Source: Magallana gigas (taxonomy: Eukaryota). From it: a stretch of 64,000 nucleotides of DNA. Each line of letters begins with the position of its first letter. Within the stretch, counting starts at the first letter, position 1. The notes beneath the pieces are model-generated. The model worked only from the letters and a program-made list of their open reading frames with translations, searched no databases and was not told the origin of the DNA. Where the stretch lies: the NCBI RefSeq assembly GCF_963853765.1, contig NC_088856.1, positions 6,758,001-6,822,000 on the forward strand, written 5' to 3'. Below, one piece after another: positions 44,712-58,617 of the stretch. A program made the position numbers and the translations under genes.

Positions 44712-45777
44712 CTTATAGGTTTTATATTTTGAGGTGGCGTGAAATGGAGAATTAATTTTGGGTGGCTTAATGTTAAAAAATTGCAGGAAATACTTCTGAA
44801 AACCACTAAATTCAATGATAACAGATTTTTCCATCGTAAATTTCTGCAATAATTAAATGTTTTTTCTTTATTCTTCAGATAGTGAAAATATTGGGAGCAA
44901 TATTAACTCCATTAAGTAATAATAAAGTTCACTGTTTTTACTGAATTGATAGATATGTATATCGGTATTTATAGAAAAATCATTAAAAAAGGTACAGAAA
45001 TAGAAAGCTGGCACAGAAAATAAAAATACTGGCCTGGCCATCATCAACTTCATTAACTTTATTCTCTGAGCCTCAACTCTCAGTTTTACCTCAAATTTTG
45101 TTTGTGACAGTGAAGCCTGATAATTGCAGAATCAGGACAGAATTTCATCATTCCTAATAAGTTTTTAAGGTATTCCATATATTGAATGTTAGAGAATATG
45201 TATATTGAGGTATTGTGCCTTATTAGGTCCTCTATAATCAAAGTTATCAAAGCCCCCAGTATCATTTTTTTTCAGGTCCTCCATGTGGAGCTGTTTTGCG
45301 CCTCCATGTTGGTACTTGTTGATCTGGCTCCTTTTATATCTGTGTATTTGCCTGATTGATTGATCTGCCGATCTTGTTGATGCCTTTTAATACAATGGCC
45401 ACAAGGAAAGGCCCTGGCAGCTTTCAGTGCTTCATTGATTAATAGAACCGCTGCTTAACTAGGGGATGTTGAGGTATTGATCCCAGTCTTACTGTTGATC
45501 TCTTTACTGTATGAGAAAAAACAAAACAAAAGCAAGTTCCAGCAGGGTTCTGTTTCAGTGCAGACAGTTAAATGATTCTAGAGAGTTTTTGGATTTGAAT
45601 TGCTGGATTACTTTTCACTCCTACCAGTATGTATTGAACTTAGAGTATTGTGGCTAATTGTTTATGTATTGTATAGATAACAGCTAGGATTGGTCAATAT
45701 GCCATGTCATGGCAGGACTCTTAGATAATTGTTTTGTCAATAGGTTTTGTTTGTTTAACAATTATTACTTTTATAGT

Positions 45778-45821
<44 letters not shown>

Positions 45822-45907
45822 TAATGCTTTTCTTTTCTGGTAGTACATTGTATACAAAATTAAGTGGAGGAACTTCACTCATGGGCTTGATCAGACTGAA
45901 ACAATTT

Positions 45908-46171
45908 TATTAACCGGGTTTTTCAATGGAAAAATCCGCTTATAAAAATGGTGAAAAGGGCGGGTGGGCGGCTGCCAAAAGGGTACCCTCATTGTACGGA
46001 TAACTCCTCCTACAGTTTTCAAGATGGGAAGTTGTTCTTTTGCAGATCAATTGTACATATATCAGAGGTGTGCATATTGCTAGGATTTTGATTTCCGATT
46101 ATTTATGATAAAAAAAATACAAGCTTTTGAACTTAGTCATTTTTTGGCAAAATATTGCATATAGGGTACCC
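45908..46171. mobile_element. Truncated Helentron-type (HINE-like) element
   Basis: Starts with a TAACCGGGTTTTTCAATGGAAAAATCCG hairpin-like head and a (GCGG/GTGG)n tract, then one monomer of about 184 bp bounded by GGGTACCC. Confidence 0.5.
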
Positions 46172-47406
46172 TTTCACCTTATCCATTTCACTGGATACGG
46201 GTTGACATGGATTATGGATACAGTTCACATAAAAGAAAACCCAGTTTGCTGTCACATTGACAGCTTTTCACTTGTTTGGAAATATTCTAGTACAAGTACT
46301 GATATTACACTACCAAGAAACCTGGTGCCTTTTCTGTTATGATCGATGCAGCACATCAACTTCTATGTAGAAAAGCATTAATGATTATACATGAATATTT
46401 AAAGAAGATGGTGTCGTACTACAAGCTAGTACTTTAAATTTGTAATGTAAGTGCTGGTGTTTTTATTTATCTTTTGGGACCAAGTGCTCTAAGCCAATTG
46501 TTGACTACTGTTATATTCTTTGTTGACGTATTCAATCATGACTGTCAGATGGATCCAGAATTTGTTTTTAAAATATGCGAATAAAAAAGTACTTATACAG
46601 TAATAACGGTACATATCGACGACTGGCTGTATATGTATTTATTAGGGAGAGTCCATTTAAGCATCATTGATGTTGGAAGTGTGATGAGATACTTTTCACC
46701 TATTAATTTCTCTAATGGGAGATTTCATGACTTTATACGATACAAACCATAATATACATGCAATCAACAATGCAGAGATCAATACAAGCTCCTATGCAAG
46801 AAGATAAAAAAAAAAAAATAGGTATTAATATATGCACATCTCAAAAATTGGTAAACCTTTTTTTCTTGCTGTACAGTATACAGAGGCTGGTAAACATCTG
46901 TTGTATATTCATCACCTGTTACACAAGGTAAACATGTGTTGCACATACTTCTGCATATTAATACTGAGTACACATACTTTGGAATGAGAGGAGGGACAGA
47001 TAAGCAGCAGGTGACTGGTCTCTATTACTACAGTAACATATTGATTGAAACCTCACTTCTCTCACTCCGTTATTGACTAGAAATTATAATGTGTTAATTT
47101 TTCTGTGTCCTCAGATTGCAAGTTTCAGTGATAAGTGGAACACAGCATTATGGCAGTACTGTGAAACAACTTTTGGATGCCATGTAAATTTACCCATCCT
47201 TGTCTTTGAGTAGCATATCTCAAGGGATATAAGAGTATGAATAATGAATCGATAATAGAGGCTTTATTTTATTGCTCTTTGAGTCAGACAGATTGATACC
47301 GAGTCCTGTATTTCTCTGTAATATTTAGATTTTCAATTGTAGGACACATGATGTGGTTTATATGTTACTTATATAACGGGTTGTTGTAGGACACATGATG
47401 TGGTTT

Positions 47407-48253
47407 ATTGCGTGGACCCTGAGGTCCACGCAGAAAATATATAAGCGAGGTTAAACCGGATGCTATGGGGAAAATTCAGTCTGCGCATGAGCTAGCCTGG
47501 TTCCTGTGCATAATGGGTAGCTCAGGGAACCAGGCTAGCACAAGTTTATCTGAATCGGGATCGGGATTCCTTGCCATATGCATATATAAGTTCAAAGGCG
47601 CTGTAATTATAAAGTTGTCGGTAAACAGTATAGAAACAAAGTATTCCTTTTAAAGAAATGATTGGCATGTGATATGAACTATCAGTATTATGAAATAAGT
47701 TAATGCTATGCCGAAACTACAACATGCATCAAATAGCATAATTTGCAATGTTTTGTTGCTTTCCGAATACACATGTAACTTAACTTTACATTTATAGTAG
47801 GCGAGGCTAGAGAACTTCCCGATTAAATTTTTTAAGCATTTAAGTATGATTGAATAATTATGTCACTATAAAAGTTTAAATCTCAAGAAAAATGCATCAA
47901 AATATGAAATTTTTTAATTTACACAAAGCTGTCACTGCATAGTTAATAAAGTAAAGCGAATCGTAATGTGTGTACAAATAGCAGAATTCACCGAATGCCT
48001 GATACCATACATGCAAACTTCATTCATAGATAGATCATAATTATTTTAGAAGTATGAATCCTTTAAATTCTGAGATAAAAAAATCAGGGCTATACATGCA
48101 TGTATACGCAATACAACGTACAAATTAAGTGGTTAAAAGCAGAGGGCTAGATTCTCTGGAATCTCTGATAATTTTAAGGCTTTCACGTTTTCGTTGGAAA
48201 CACATGCAAATGGTCCACGTATTGTAGTCCTTTTTTAAAGGACAGCAACTTGT
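47407..48253 (+). mobile_element. Full-length Helentron-type non-autonomous element (HINE-like)
   Basis: 5' hairpin TGCGTGGACC-CTGA-GGTCCACGCA (47409-47432), 3' subterminal copy GGTCCACGTA (48212), 3' stem-loop GTCCTTT-TTT-AAAGGAC, and terminal CAACTTGT. Confidence 0.65.
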
Positions 48254-48347
48254 ATGTTACTTATATAACGACGTTGTTGTAGGACACATGATGTGAAGTG
48301 TACTGTCCATTAGGAGATTATAGGACGGGGAATTCCCAGGGAACAGG

Positions 48348-51300
48348 ATGGAGCCCCGCCCAGCTGCACTCTACCCCCTGATTCTCCTGATATCCTCCAC
48401 CCTAGCGACCGACATTGGAGCTATAGACAGTAATTTATGAATTTCTAACAAATCTCTGCCTGTTGTCTTTGTGTATGTGTTTGTTTGTTGTAGTATATGA
48501 TATTATATGCCGTGTGTCAAATCAACTCATAAAAATTGTCTGCTACATAATGTTTTGCCACCTTTTCTTGGAGTTTTAAAGATTTTCTTCATCTTAATTT
48601 TATGATAAAGAAATTATAAGATAGGATAAAACCATATAAAATCTCTGAGATTAAACAAACTAAATGACTTTCATTACCTTTAGATAGTCTTAGAGAGAAA
48701 ACCTCTTGGGTTTTGGAATTTTTCATTCATTATAGAAACATGAAATCCTACTTAAGTTAGGCCTAAACTAAAGTGATGGATTGGGATTGCGCCAGTCAAA
48801 ACTCCTTTCTCATTAACAAGAAATGGATGCTAGAAACTCCTTTCTTTCACCAAGTTAAAATGCCAGGACTTCGTTATAATTAGATTATAATCATGATATT
48901 TATGTACTTCTGATTTTTATTTCTTTCTTCTTACACCCTCTGTTGAAAGATCAAGTTTTACAAACAGTGTATTGATTTTTGTGTTGTAGGAAAACTAAGT
49001 TTTACTTATTTGTTAAATTGAGTTCATATGATTTGATGTTGTAATTTGCATGACCTTTTTATTTTGTAGTTTTGTTTCTAAGCTTCAGTTTTTCCTGCAG
49101 TTTGATTTCAGTAAGTTTTCTTCTTTTCTGCATTTATTTATTTACATTTATTCATATAGATATGTTTATGCAAGTTGGAATTCCCAACCACTATTTCATT
49201 GTTAAATAATTTACTATCAGTATTTTAGGAGCCATCCCAAAAAAGTTGCATGTTGATACAACCTCCTCACAAAGCTTGATATTTACACTGTACAATTACC
49301 TAAGAAGCTGGTTTATTCTGTACCTGGGTTAAATGTAAAACACATCTGTTTTTGAATTGATTACCAGTAGTGAATGACTCATTTAGCCTTAAGATGCATA
49401 TAAAGTTAGACAAAATTTAGTTATGTAAATGGTTACAAGGGGAATAGAATTTTAGCATACCCGCAGGTATAAGAGTGACTTTTTGAATATAGGAAATTAT
49501 TCCATACCTACTAGACCAATTTGAATAGATTTTGATATAAAAAAAAAGAAAAAAAAAAAGCTGCAAAGAGCTTATTTGTGTTTGTGTGACATTTATGTAT
49601 AAATACCTTGTAAAAACATACAAAGAACCCTAGGGTGGTAGAATGCATCAAGAAAAATGTAAATACAAAAAATCAATTAAACAAAATTGCAGTAAGATAC
49701 TCAGCTCATAACATTTGATTATTACTTCTTCCTGCCTCGGAAGTGTTCCTATAAAAAAGAGCATGTTGAGAAGGAAGCGTGGCAGACACAACAGCTTCCT
49801 TCTGATCTCAAATGTTCAAGATCATTAGTTAATATCCCATCAAACATATTCTTACTTTTAGTAGAGGAAACACTTCAGCTTTTCGACTGAAGACTCATTT
49901 CAGTAAGCATTTATATGGCTCATGTTATTGTATTGAAATCTAGTGAGGTGCTTGTATTACAGTTCAACACAGATAAGCAATGTTGTCTATGGGCCTCTCA
50001 TTTTTTTTTTTTTTGGGGGGGGGGGGGGAGGTCATTGACAATTGAAAATCTACATATTTACCTCTAATATTTTATAGAGGTATATCAATGCATAGCCAGG
50101 ATAAGTTTCTATAGAAAATCTGTTTGTGGCCTTGCTCACTTCACACTTTGGCTGGTAGATGACCCCTGTTTATTATTGAAGGTCCAGATGTACCTAGTAT
50201 ATATACTACTAATATCAGGTTTATAACTGATCTGGTACTAGAATTATGCACTTTGCTGGGCAATTCATTTAGGCTTACATGGTAAGGAGACCAGAAACTA
50301 GACACCAAAGGACCACTCATATTGATTCCAAGATACACAAGAATAAATCGGTATTCATGTATCATATAAGCAGGGATGGGGTAATGGTAATTTGTAATGG
50401 TAATTGAGTGTAATTAATTACAATTGTTGATGTAATTAAAAGTAATGTGTAATTGACAATATTTTCAATTACATTTAATGGTAATTTAATTAATTACTTT
50501 CAAAAAAGGCATGTACCGGTAATTCAAATTACTTTTTCAATTACATTCAATTACTCACTGATGTATTATGTGAATAAGAAATTTGCATGTCCCCTATCCA
50601 TTGTCTCCCACACTTCCTATAGTACATCAGTATTAAACAAGCAAAGAAGACAGACACTAGGGTAGCTGTCAAGTTAGGAAGAATTGTTAAATGCATTAAC
50701 TCTTATTGTTTGTTTATTATTAGATATACATGTTTTTAACATAAACTTTTTTAATGAATGACGATCTAATCATAAGGATCCCAAATCTATGAATATCAAT
50801 GTGACAAATATTTATTAATTTGTTAGAGACCAAATTATTTTGATGGTATGCTCAATCTCTTTTCCTTAAAATGTTTATTATTTATTGGAATAATTTATGT
50901 TTCTTATTGAGTTGGATAAAAATTATCTGTTTATTTTACAATTAAAATCAATGTTATTTGTTAATGAATTGCATAAATTATGAAGTCATGCTTTTTAATT
51001 GACCTTGAGCTATGGCTTCAATATGGTTTTCAAGTTTTTATTGCCAAATCTGTTCACTTGGTTGGTTCCAATAATGACCATTAGACCAATAGGTGTGAAT
51101 TGTGATAACAACTATAGCCTGCTCTCTATCCCCGTTTTACCTGTATTTTTCCAATGTGTTTGTAGGAAGAATTGTGGATGTAAATGTTGAGTTTCAGTGT
51201 CCAAGAAAAGACTTATAGACATGATAGATGTAGGTTAGGGGACATAAATAGTGAACGAGAATGAGCATTAAATGCAGTTGAGAACATCTGTAGGTGTTGT

Positions 51301-54300
51301 AGCTAAACCAGTTTTCATTGACAAAATTTGTACACTCATGTCAATTCAATAAATGTATTTTTCTGAAATGTAATTTGTAATTTAATTAATTACATTTGCA
51401 AAGTAATTGTCATTTAATTAATTACATTTGAAAATCCATGTAATGGTAATGGTAATTTAATTGAAGGATTTATGCAAGTAATTGTAATTTAATTAATTAC
51501 TTTCGAATGTAAATGACCCCATCCCTGCATATAAGTAGGTCAAGTAAAGGTTGGTGGAGATGTAAGCGTTCTATTATTTATAGCTGTTATAGCCAGGGAC
51601 TGGCCCCGTGACTAGGCTATTACAAACACCAGAAAACATTTGTGCACATTAGACATCATAACCTTATCTAAAGACAGAAATTAAGGCTGACTAAGTTATA
51701 AATTAAATTTTCTAAAATACAATTATTTATATATTATAGATTGCAGTGGTATACCAAACAGAATCATTTTTTTATGTTCACAAACTAAGGATAAATATTC
51801 AAAACATACAAAGTAACAACAATTTCCACATTGGAAATTACCGTACTTGTCTTTTAGCTTCTTCAACAATAATTATTTATATAGAGCAAGCAAAAAAATT
51901 TAGCTTCTTTTGGGACTTAACGTGATAGGCTCCTGGGTCAGTCTTTATAAGAGAGGAGACCTTACGATTGATTTACGGTGTCAAGGTCGTCAGTTTCAGA
52001 ATCTGAATAGGAAGGGCAATATCTACACCTAACAGACACTACCTAATGGACAGTAGTCACACAATGCAACCACTACAGGGAAATCAGGAATCTCCTACTG
52101 CTAATAGTTAAAGGGTCAACAGATTAAAGGTTACAGACTAAATACAGAAATCAGAAATACTATACTGCTCATGAATTCAGGGTTAAGAGAGATTTGTAGA
52201 CCAAATACCAGTAGTTGATTTTGAATGACCAGTATCTTTTTACATCAGTTATGGTTCTTCTTTTTAATATTTATCTTATATTGTATAATGATATAGTAAT
52301 AAATTTTGATTTATTTGCTTATGATAGCTCATTAATCATTGTATGTCTGATGGTAATTACCCATCAAATAGAATGCATGAATTCATATATACATGTACAT
52401 GTAATGTACATGTAATGTACACAATAAATATTGTCCTATTTTAGAAGACATGTATATTACTGGTTTACAAATTACAAGAATGGTTTTAAATTACATTTTT
52501 TCCTCAACAAAATGTATGTGGAGACGGTCCCCTATCCTAACAGTTCCCTGGTGACTTTCAGTGTACATGGACTCCTATGGAACCTGCCAGCAGTCTTCCT
52601 TCTTTGAGGTCCATGATGAGGGGTACCTGGTCCATGCTAAGGGCAGCGGCCAGGCTTACCAGACCATGCGGTGCTCCCTAAGGTTCAGAGCCGCAAGGGA
52701 CCAGCAACTGTGTGTCAAATTCAACAACTTCGTCATCGATGACTGCAGTGTTAACTTCAAGGTGTTCCAAGAAAGCCAGCCAATAGATTTTGCTAGGCAG
52801 CCAAAAGATGAGTGTCTATTTGTAAGTACTAAATGGGATAGATCTACAAATGCAGTTAAAAAAAAAGAAGAAAAAAAAGATGTACAATGGGGCATGCATG
52901 TATTTAAAAAAANNNNNNNNNNNNNNNNNNNNNNNNNNNNNNNNNNNNNNNNNNNNNNNNNNNNNNNNNNNNNNNNNNNNNNNNNNNNNNNNNNNNNNNN
53001 NNNNNNNNNNNNNNNNNNNNNNNNNNNNNNNNNNNNNNNNNNNNNNNTATGCTAGTGAATAATTTTCTGATGTAGAATTGATAAGATTAGAATTTACTGT
53101 TTTCAACATTGATTTTAACATAGTGTAAATTTAGAAACAGATGCATTTGATAGCAATGTTTGATTTGACGTTTCGTATTTTTACTAGAGGAATGTACTCC
53201 ACTTAAAATATTAGGTTATACAGTTGCAAAAGTAGGGAGAAATTCTGGAAAACTCAAAACTGGGAGTTTTGACAGTTAGCAATTCAATGTTTTGTTTGAT
53301 CAAAATAACCCACATGGAAATTTAAAAGATCAAGTGATGTAATTTAAGGAAAAAAAACCAACTTTGAAAACCATAATTTTAATTTTAACAAATTCTGAGA
53401 CCATATGTGGTACTCTTTTGAAAAATGGGGAAACCTGTTGAGCATGTGCATCGAAAGTAAAAAGCCAGTTAAACTTTTAAATCAAAATACAAGGCTACTG
53501 TTGTAGTTACAATAATATTCTGTTGGAAATTTTATTTGGATATATAATTCATAATGTGTATGAAGCATGGAGTTTTGTCTTGCAGAGACACTACAGTTGC
53601 CAAGACTCACCTCAGATCGTGTGTAGCACGGACCGTTATCTTACACTCCAACTGTACAAGGAGCGGATCGACGCTCAGGGCTACAGTCTGCTGCTGCAGG
53701 TGGTCCCTAAAACCATGAAGAGTTAGTGTCTCGTGTTCTTCTGATGTTTGATTTACATTAGAACAGCACATTGTTACTATTGTGCTGATATACCAGCTAT
53801 AGATATATATATAAACAAACCTGAAATGTGATGGCATTCTTTTATTTTTAATCTCATTCCTTTTGCATCTGTTTTAAGAATAAGCATTAAAAATGGTGCC
53901 TTTATAAGATTAGTATCATTAATTTAAAAAATCTTAGCTGCAATCAATTGCCCTCCTATTGCATCTACTTTAATGATTAGCATTGACACAGGTGCCTTTT
54001 CAGATGAGATCATAATGTCGTTGTGGATGATTGTGGGCGTGATTCTGGGTGTGGTGATTGTCATCGTGGTGTTAGCGGTGGTCATCGTCCTCTGCTGCAG
54101 GAAGGACAGGCACCACGGGAGGGTGTTCAAAAAGAAGAACAGCAAGCCTCGCTCTGGTGCTCAGGGGAGACTACTGGAGACTGGGCCAGAGCCTTCGGGT
54201 AGGTGTTCATCCTAAATGAACAGAGGTGTTTTTGTAGAAATTCTTATAAATTTTAATGCTTTTCTTGAAGATGGCTCAAGATTAAGTTGTTAGGCTTATC

Positions 54301-54685
54301 CTGAATTTGATGCAGCTTCAGTTTATGCTGGCATAAATAGTTTACTTGACTGCATGACTGAAGTTTAATCAAGTTATTTCACAAATAATTATGGTAGTCT
54401 GAAGTATGTAGTAATATAAGGTCTCCACACATCTATTGTTGCTGTAGCAGATACACAATGCTTTATTTGTTCACACTAGCCTATTTATTGTTACAATAGC
54501 TGATACACAATGTTTTATTTGTTCACACTAGCATAAAATTGTTACAATAGCTGATACACAATGTTCTGTTGACAGCTCCTCCCCTGGACTCTGATGTGGA
54601 AATGCATCACCACATACTGAATAGCTACGGACAGTTTCCAAACGAGCCCCCTCCACCTTACCAACCCAAACCTGAGCCCGTCTAG
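48348..54685 (+). CDS. Type I membrane protein: signal peptide, CUB-like domain, TM helix, short tail with PPPY (about 264 aa)
   Basis: Exons 48348-48429 (MEPRPAALYPLILLISSTLA), 52562-52821 (YMDSYGTC...CSLRF...LCVKFNNFVIDDC), 53586-53721 (YSC...VCSTDRYLTLQL), 53992-54198 (TM LWMIVGVILGVVIVIVVLAVVIVLCC) and 54576-54685 (EPPPPY, TAG). Phases are consistent. The N gap lies in intron 2, so an extra exon cannot be excluded. Confidence 0.78.
50371..51527. mobile_element. Non-autonomous hAT element
   Basis: Perfect 8-bp TSD CATATAAG (50363-50370, 51528-51535), TIR CAGGGATGGGGT / ACCCCATCCCTG, and subterminal GTAATT/AATTAC repeats. Confidence 0.9.
52913..53047. other. Assembly gap (135 N)
   Basis: Run of N. 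Confidence 0.99.
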
Positions 54686-56961
54686 CAAAAGCCAAAGGAA
54701 TAACAGATTCCATGACAGGGAGATAACTCATGCCAGGACAAGATAAACTCATCTACTCAAAACAGGGATGCAGCAGTTTTATTTTTATAATGGCCTCAAA
54801 ACAATAACTTTTTGTGAAAAAAAATATGTTCACCGAGGAAGCCATGTTTTGTCACCTTTACCAAAAGTTATTATTTTTTTCTTAATATGAATCATGTTAT
54901 TTGCTTTATATGATGAACAACATCTTTTATATTTGATTTTTAGAGTTCCGCGATTGAACATGTCAGTTTATTTCATATATGGATGTGCCATGAAGATAAT
55001 GCAATGAATATTCAGATTTACTTAGTTTTATATGATTATTTTTTCTGAGAAAATTTTTGAGTGATTTAATTTAGACAATGGACTCATTTGTTATCATCTC
55101 ATTTAATGCCATTCCTATATTGATGCTACAGATGCAGTAAATATGAATTTACAGTGGAATTTGTATGTTTGTTTAAAGATAGTGTGGCTAAAATTCAGAT
55201 ACATACCATTATTGTTATAATAAGGAATAGATAATACAGATTCGGTTCATGTTCTGATTTCATGTTTCTCCAAAGGTGATTTTTTTATATGTAATGTTCA
55301 TAAGAAAAAATGTGCAATGGACACCTTTTGATGAAATATGTGGGTATTCAATGATGAGAAAAGTTGTGTATTTAACTGATAATTCACTGGAACAGAAGAA
55401 AATTTACCAGGAAGATTGATATAACCCATAAATGCCACCAAACAAAGAAACTATTTTAGTATGTCTGTATATCGTGTTTTAACTTACCCTGGGTTCATAG
55501 AAACAAAGGAATAAAAATGATTTATTTTTGTTGTAAGATGCAAGTTTGAGATGTCATCATTGAATTGTCAGAACTGCAAAAAGTTTAGATTGATTTTCAC
55601 TAAAGCAAAGTTGTGTGTATAACATTGATTGGCGTCAGATATTGAGAGGAAGCAGAGACAATGTCAGATGATGCCCGATGAATTGTGTGTATTTATTTAT
55701 TTGATATAGCTGTTGTATTCTCATAGGTTTAAAGCATGTTGTTATTGGCAGATTTTTATTTTACGTTACTTTTTGAAGCAGTTTTGTGATGTAGAACTAA
55801 TCAAAACAAATTAATTGTTGCTTATTTATAGTATTTATTTGTAATTACCAGATGCAAGTACCTGTAGTGCAGTTTATTTACTTCGCAGATTTTTGTATGA
55901 GTAGTTAACTGAAACTGCAAAAACATGTAGGTTATGTATGGAATGCTTAAAATGTTATTTACATGATTTATTCAGCTGTATTAAATCTTAAGACAACTTG
56001 TAGGCATTGAGGCTTTTGATTAAGCATTTATGAACATATAACTACTAGTACTAATATTAATTTGTGACTTTAAGGGCTGTTTTAGCCAAGTTTTTTTGTT
56101 CTGTACATTGACTTATCACAGTTTACACTAGATTGTAAACCAACTTTTATTTGTGATGACTTTATTTTTGGTTTACCCATTGATAAAATTATTATGGGGA
56201 ACTATTTTGCATGACCAAGCCTATGTTGGTAGTTTTAGACAATTGTAAGAGACATTTAATATCTTGTTCAGGGCAACCAATATCAGCAACAATGAGACTT
56301 TCAAAATTCTTGCAAAATTTCTCACACACAAATTTAATGAATAAAAGTTGGCTTTTGTACAATATCAGTATTTCACAATCATTGGCAGAACACTGCATTA
56401 ATGAATACTTCAACTGTCTCATTTAATATGTTTTTGTGTAAATCAGAGGTCCACAAAATTGGCATATCATTCTTTTACAAAATGCATATTTTAATTTATG
56501 CTGATCCAATATTTGTCATTGTAATCTGATTTATATTGTATAGAGCTATATATACACATGATGCAATGGGCCATATGACTAACATTGATGTTCATGTATA
56601 CGTGTTACAAGAACTATAATTTGTTCAGCCTGACTGCAGGCTAGTCTTATATTATGAAGCTATTAGGTTGGAAATATGATACATGCCTAAATGTGATCAC
56701 ATGTTGATAACTTTTGAGTTTATATAAGGATTATCTGTGCTTCAAAGTGCTCTTAATGTTTACATAAAACAGTGAGCCATGTTTTGTTGGTGTTATAATT
56801 TTATCGACTGAGTTTTCGCCGGGTTCTTGGCTTCCTCTGAATATCATTAATTAACCTCCTCTCTCTAACATCAGTGCCAATGAGAAATATTTAATTGTAA
56901 GTTGTCGAACTTGTTTCTTGATCGCTATGAAATAGATATATAGATCAGTGATCAATAGGTA

Positions 56962-57179
56962 CTGTAGATTCCTTATTTTACGTAAGTACTTAAATCCGTG
57001 ATTCCGCCGTTTTCTATCAAGTTGCAGGAACATAAAATCGCGAATGCCGAATTTTTCTAATAGTTTCATGTAGTTAACATCCATCCAAAAAATAGAAGCA
57101 AGATTGAAAAATTCACGAAATTTACTTCTCGCGATATTACGTGGATATTAATAACTCGCGTTTAATTAGGGATCTACAA
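56962..57179. mobile_element. TA-TSD MITE (family of 24625-24841)
   Basis: TA|CTGTAGATTCCTT ... AGGGATCTACAA|TA. Confidence 0.7.
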
Positions 57180-58082
57180 TATAGGATAAGATCTATAATT
57201 GGAAAACGTACATGAAGATCAATTTATATCATTCAGTTAAAGACATTAATGAGAATGAATTTTTGATTTGTTGCAAAATATAATATACATGCATAACATG
57301 TCAAATGAAAAATGGCGCGGGTATGATGTTGCGAAAAGTGGCCCAGATGTTGTTTACCCATAATGATTAGCCTGATTCATGACATTTGGCAAACTTAGGG
57401 CCTATTTTAATTCCCCAACAAATATTCTTTCTAACTACAAGAGTTTTGTGATCATATGCCAACAGTAAGTCCAACCAAGTTGGCCCCATAATACATCACC
57501 AACTATCAATATTTGGTGTTGGGCCACCGTTGGCTTAATAAACTGATAAATGTAACCAAACGGCGACAATACAACCGTATTATGAGATTGGGCCAACGAT
57601 GTGCTGCTAGCTGGGAAAACACACAGAGAATTTGTAAAAAGGTTATTATTATTTTTTAATAACTTATAAATAACATAGAAAGCAATTTCACAACACAGTC
57701 AGTTCAACCTCGCGAAACAAAGTATGGCCATGAGAAGTGATAGATTTCCATTTGAAATACTAGAAATTATCTTTTCGGATCATAGTGATATTGATATCGC
57801 ATGTAAAAAGGAAAAACACGAAATAAACGCATTGATTGTAACGGTACTCAACATGCAGCTAGTGATATTAGTATCCTTCTTTGGTGTCTTAATCATTAAA
57901 ATTAACACATATTTACCACCCCATCCCAAGAGCTTAGCCCTGGGGTCTCAACGGTCTCCAAATTTAACTTAATTAGATAATATATAGAGGTTTCGAAAGA
58001 CAAAAAAAATAAAATTTATTTTGAAATTGCATTTAAAATATAGATTATATAATTATTTTTATACGATTTGCCTATTACTGAT

Positions 58083-58164
58083 TTTTTTAGATTACTGAAT
58101 TTTTAACCGGTTACCATCATTCCGACCGAGTTATCGGTTAACCGGTTATTGATTGCCATCCCTA
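58083..58164 (-). mobile_element. Single terminus of a hAT-like element
   Basis: The reverse strand reads TAGGGATGGCAATCAATAACCGGTTAACCGATAAC, a TAGGG terminus with AACCG subterminal repeats. No partner end found. Confidence 0.4.
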
Positions 58165-58574
58165 TTTAATTTTTTTTTTGAAAATGAAAACAACAAAAAA
58201 AAGAAAAAAAGCTAATTTGTATTTTAAAAAATGTACATTCATATACATGCGTTTATATATTATTGAATTTGATAAATAGCCAAAGCTACTGAAAAAAAAA
58301 TGAAGTTTGTGTTTTTCAAACTGCCTGACTGGCTGGGTTAGGACTCTACCTGATTTTAGGCCTATATATTGACCAGGTGAGCAATTTGGCATTTGGGGCC
58401 TCATGTTTAAAGACAAGGTTTTAAAAACTAAAAAAAAATAAAAATAAAGCATACTTCCACATTATAATGATTAATATATTATGGCAAGTTTAAAAAGTTT
58501 AAAAATAAAACAGGAAATATGCACACTTTGTATTGTTTTCATGTACAACTTAACTTTCTATGCAAATAAACGAA

Positions 58575-58617
58575 AACGTCACATCCGGCTTCATGGCGCT
58601 TGGGGAACATATCAATG
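58575..58617 (+). promoter_or_regulatory. Probable promoter/first 5' exon of the BTB-ZF gene
   Basis: Local CpG cluster (CATCCGGCTTCATGGCGC) ending in a donor ATG|GTAAGA. Acceptor TTTCTTTATAG at 59444 lies just before the ATG at 59483. Confidence 0.35.

Noticed and set aside
45288-45370. Hydrophobic MWSCFAPPCWYLLIWLLLY... mini-ORF
   Set aside because: It stops after about 26 codons with no suitable donor or partner exon.
52561-53121. ORFs reading through the N gap
   Set aside because: An artefact of translating N; a donor at 52822 precedes the gap.
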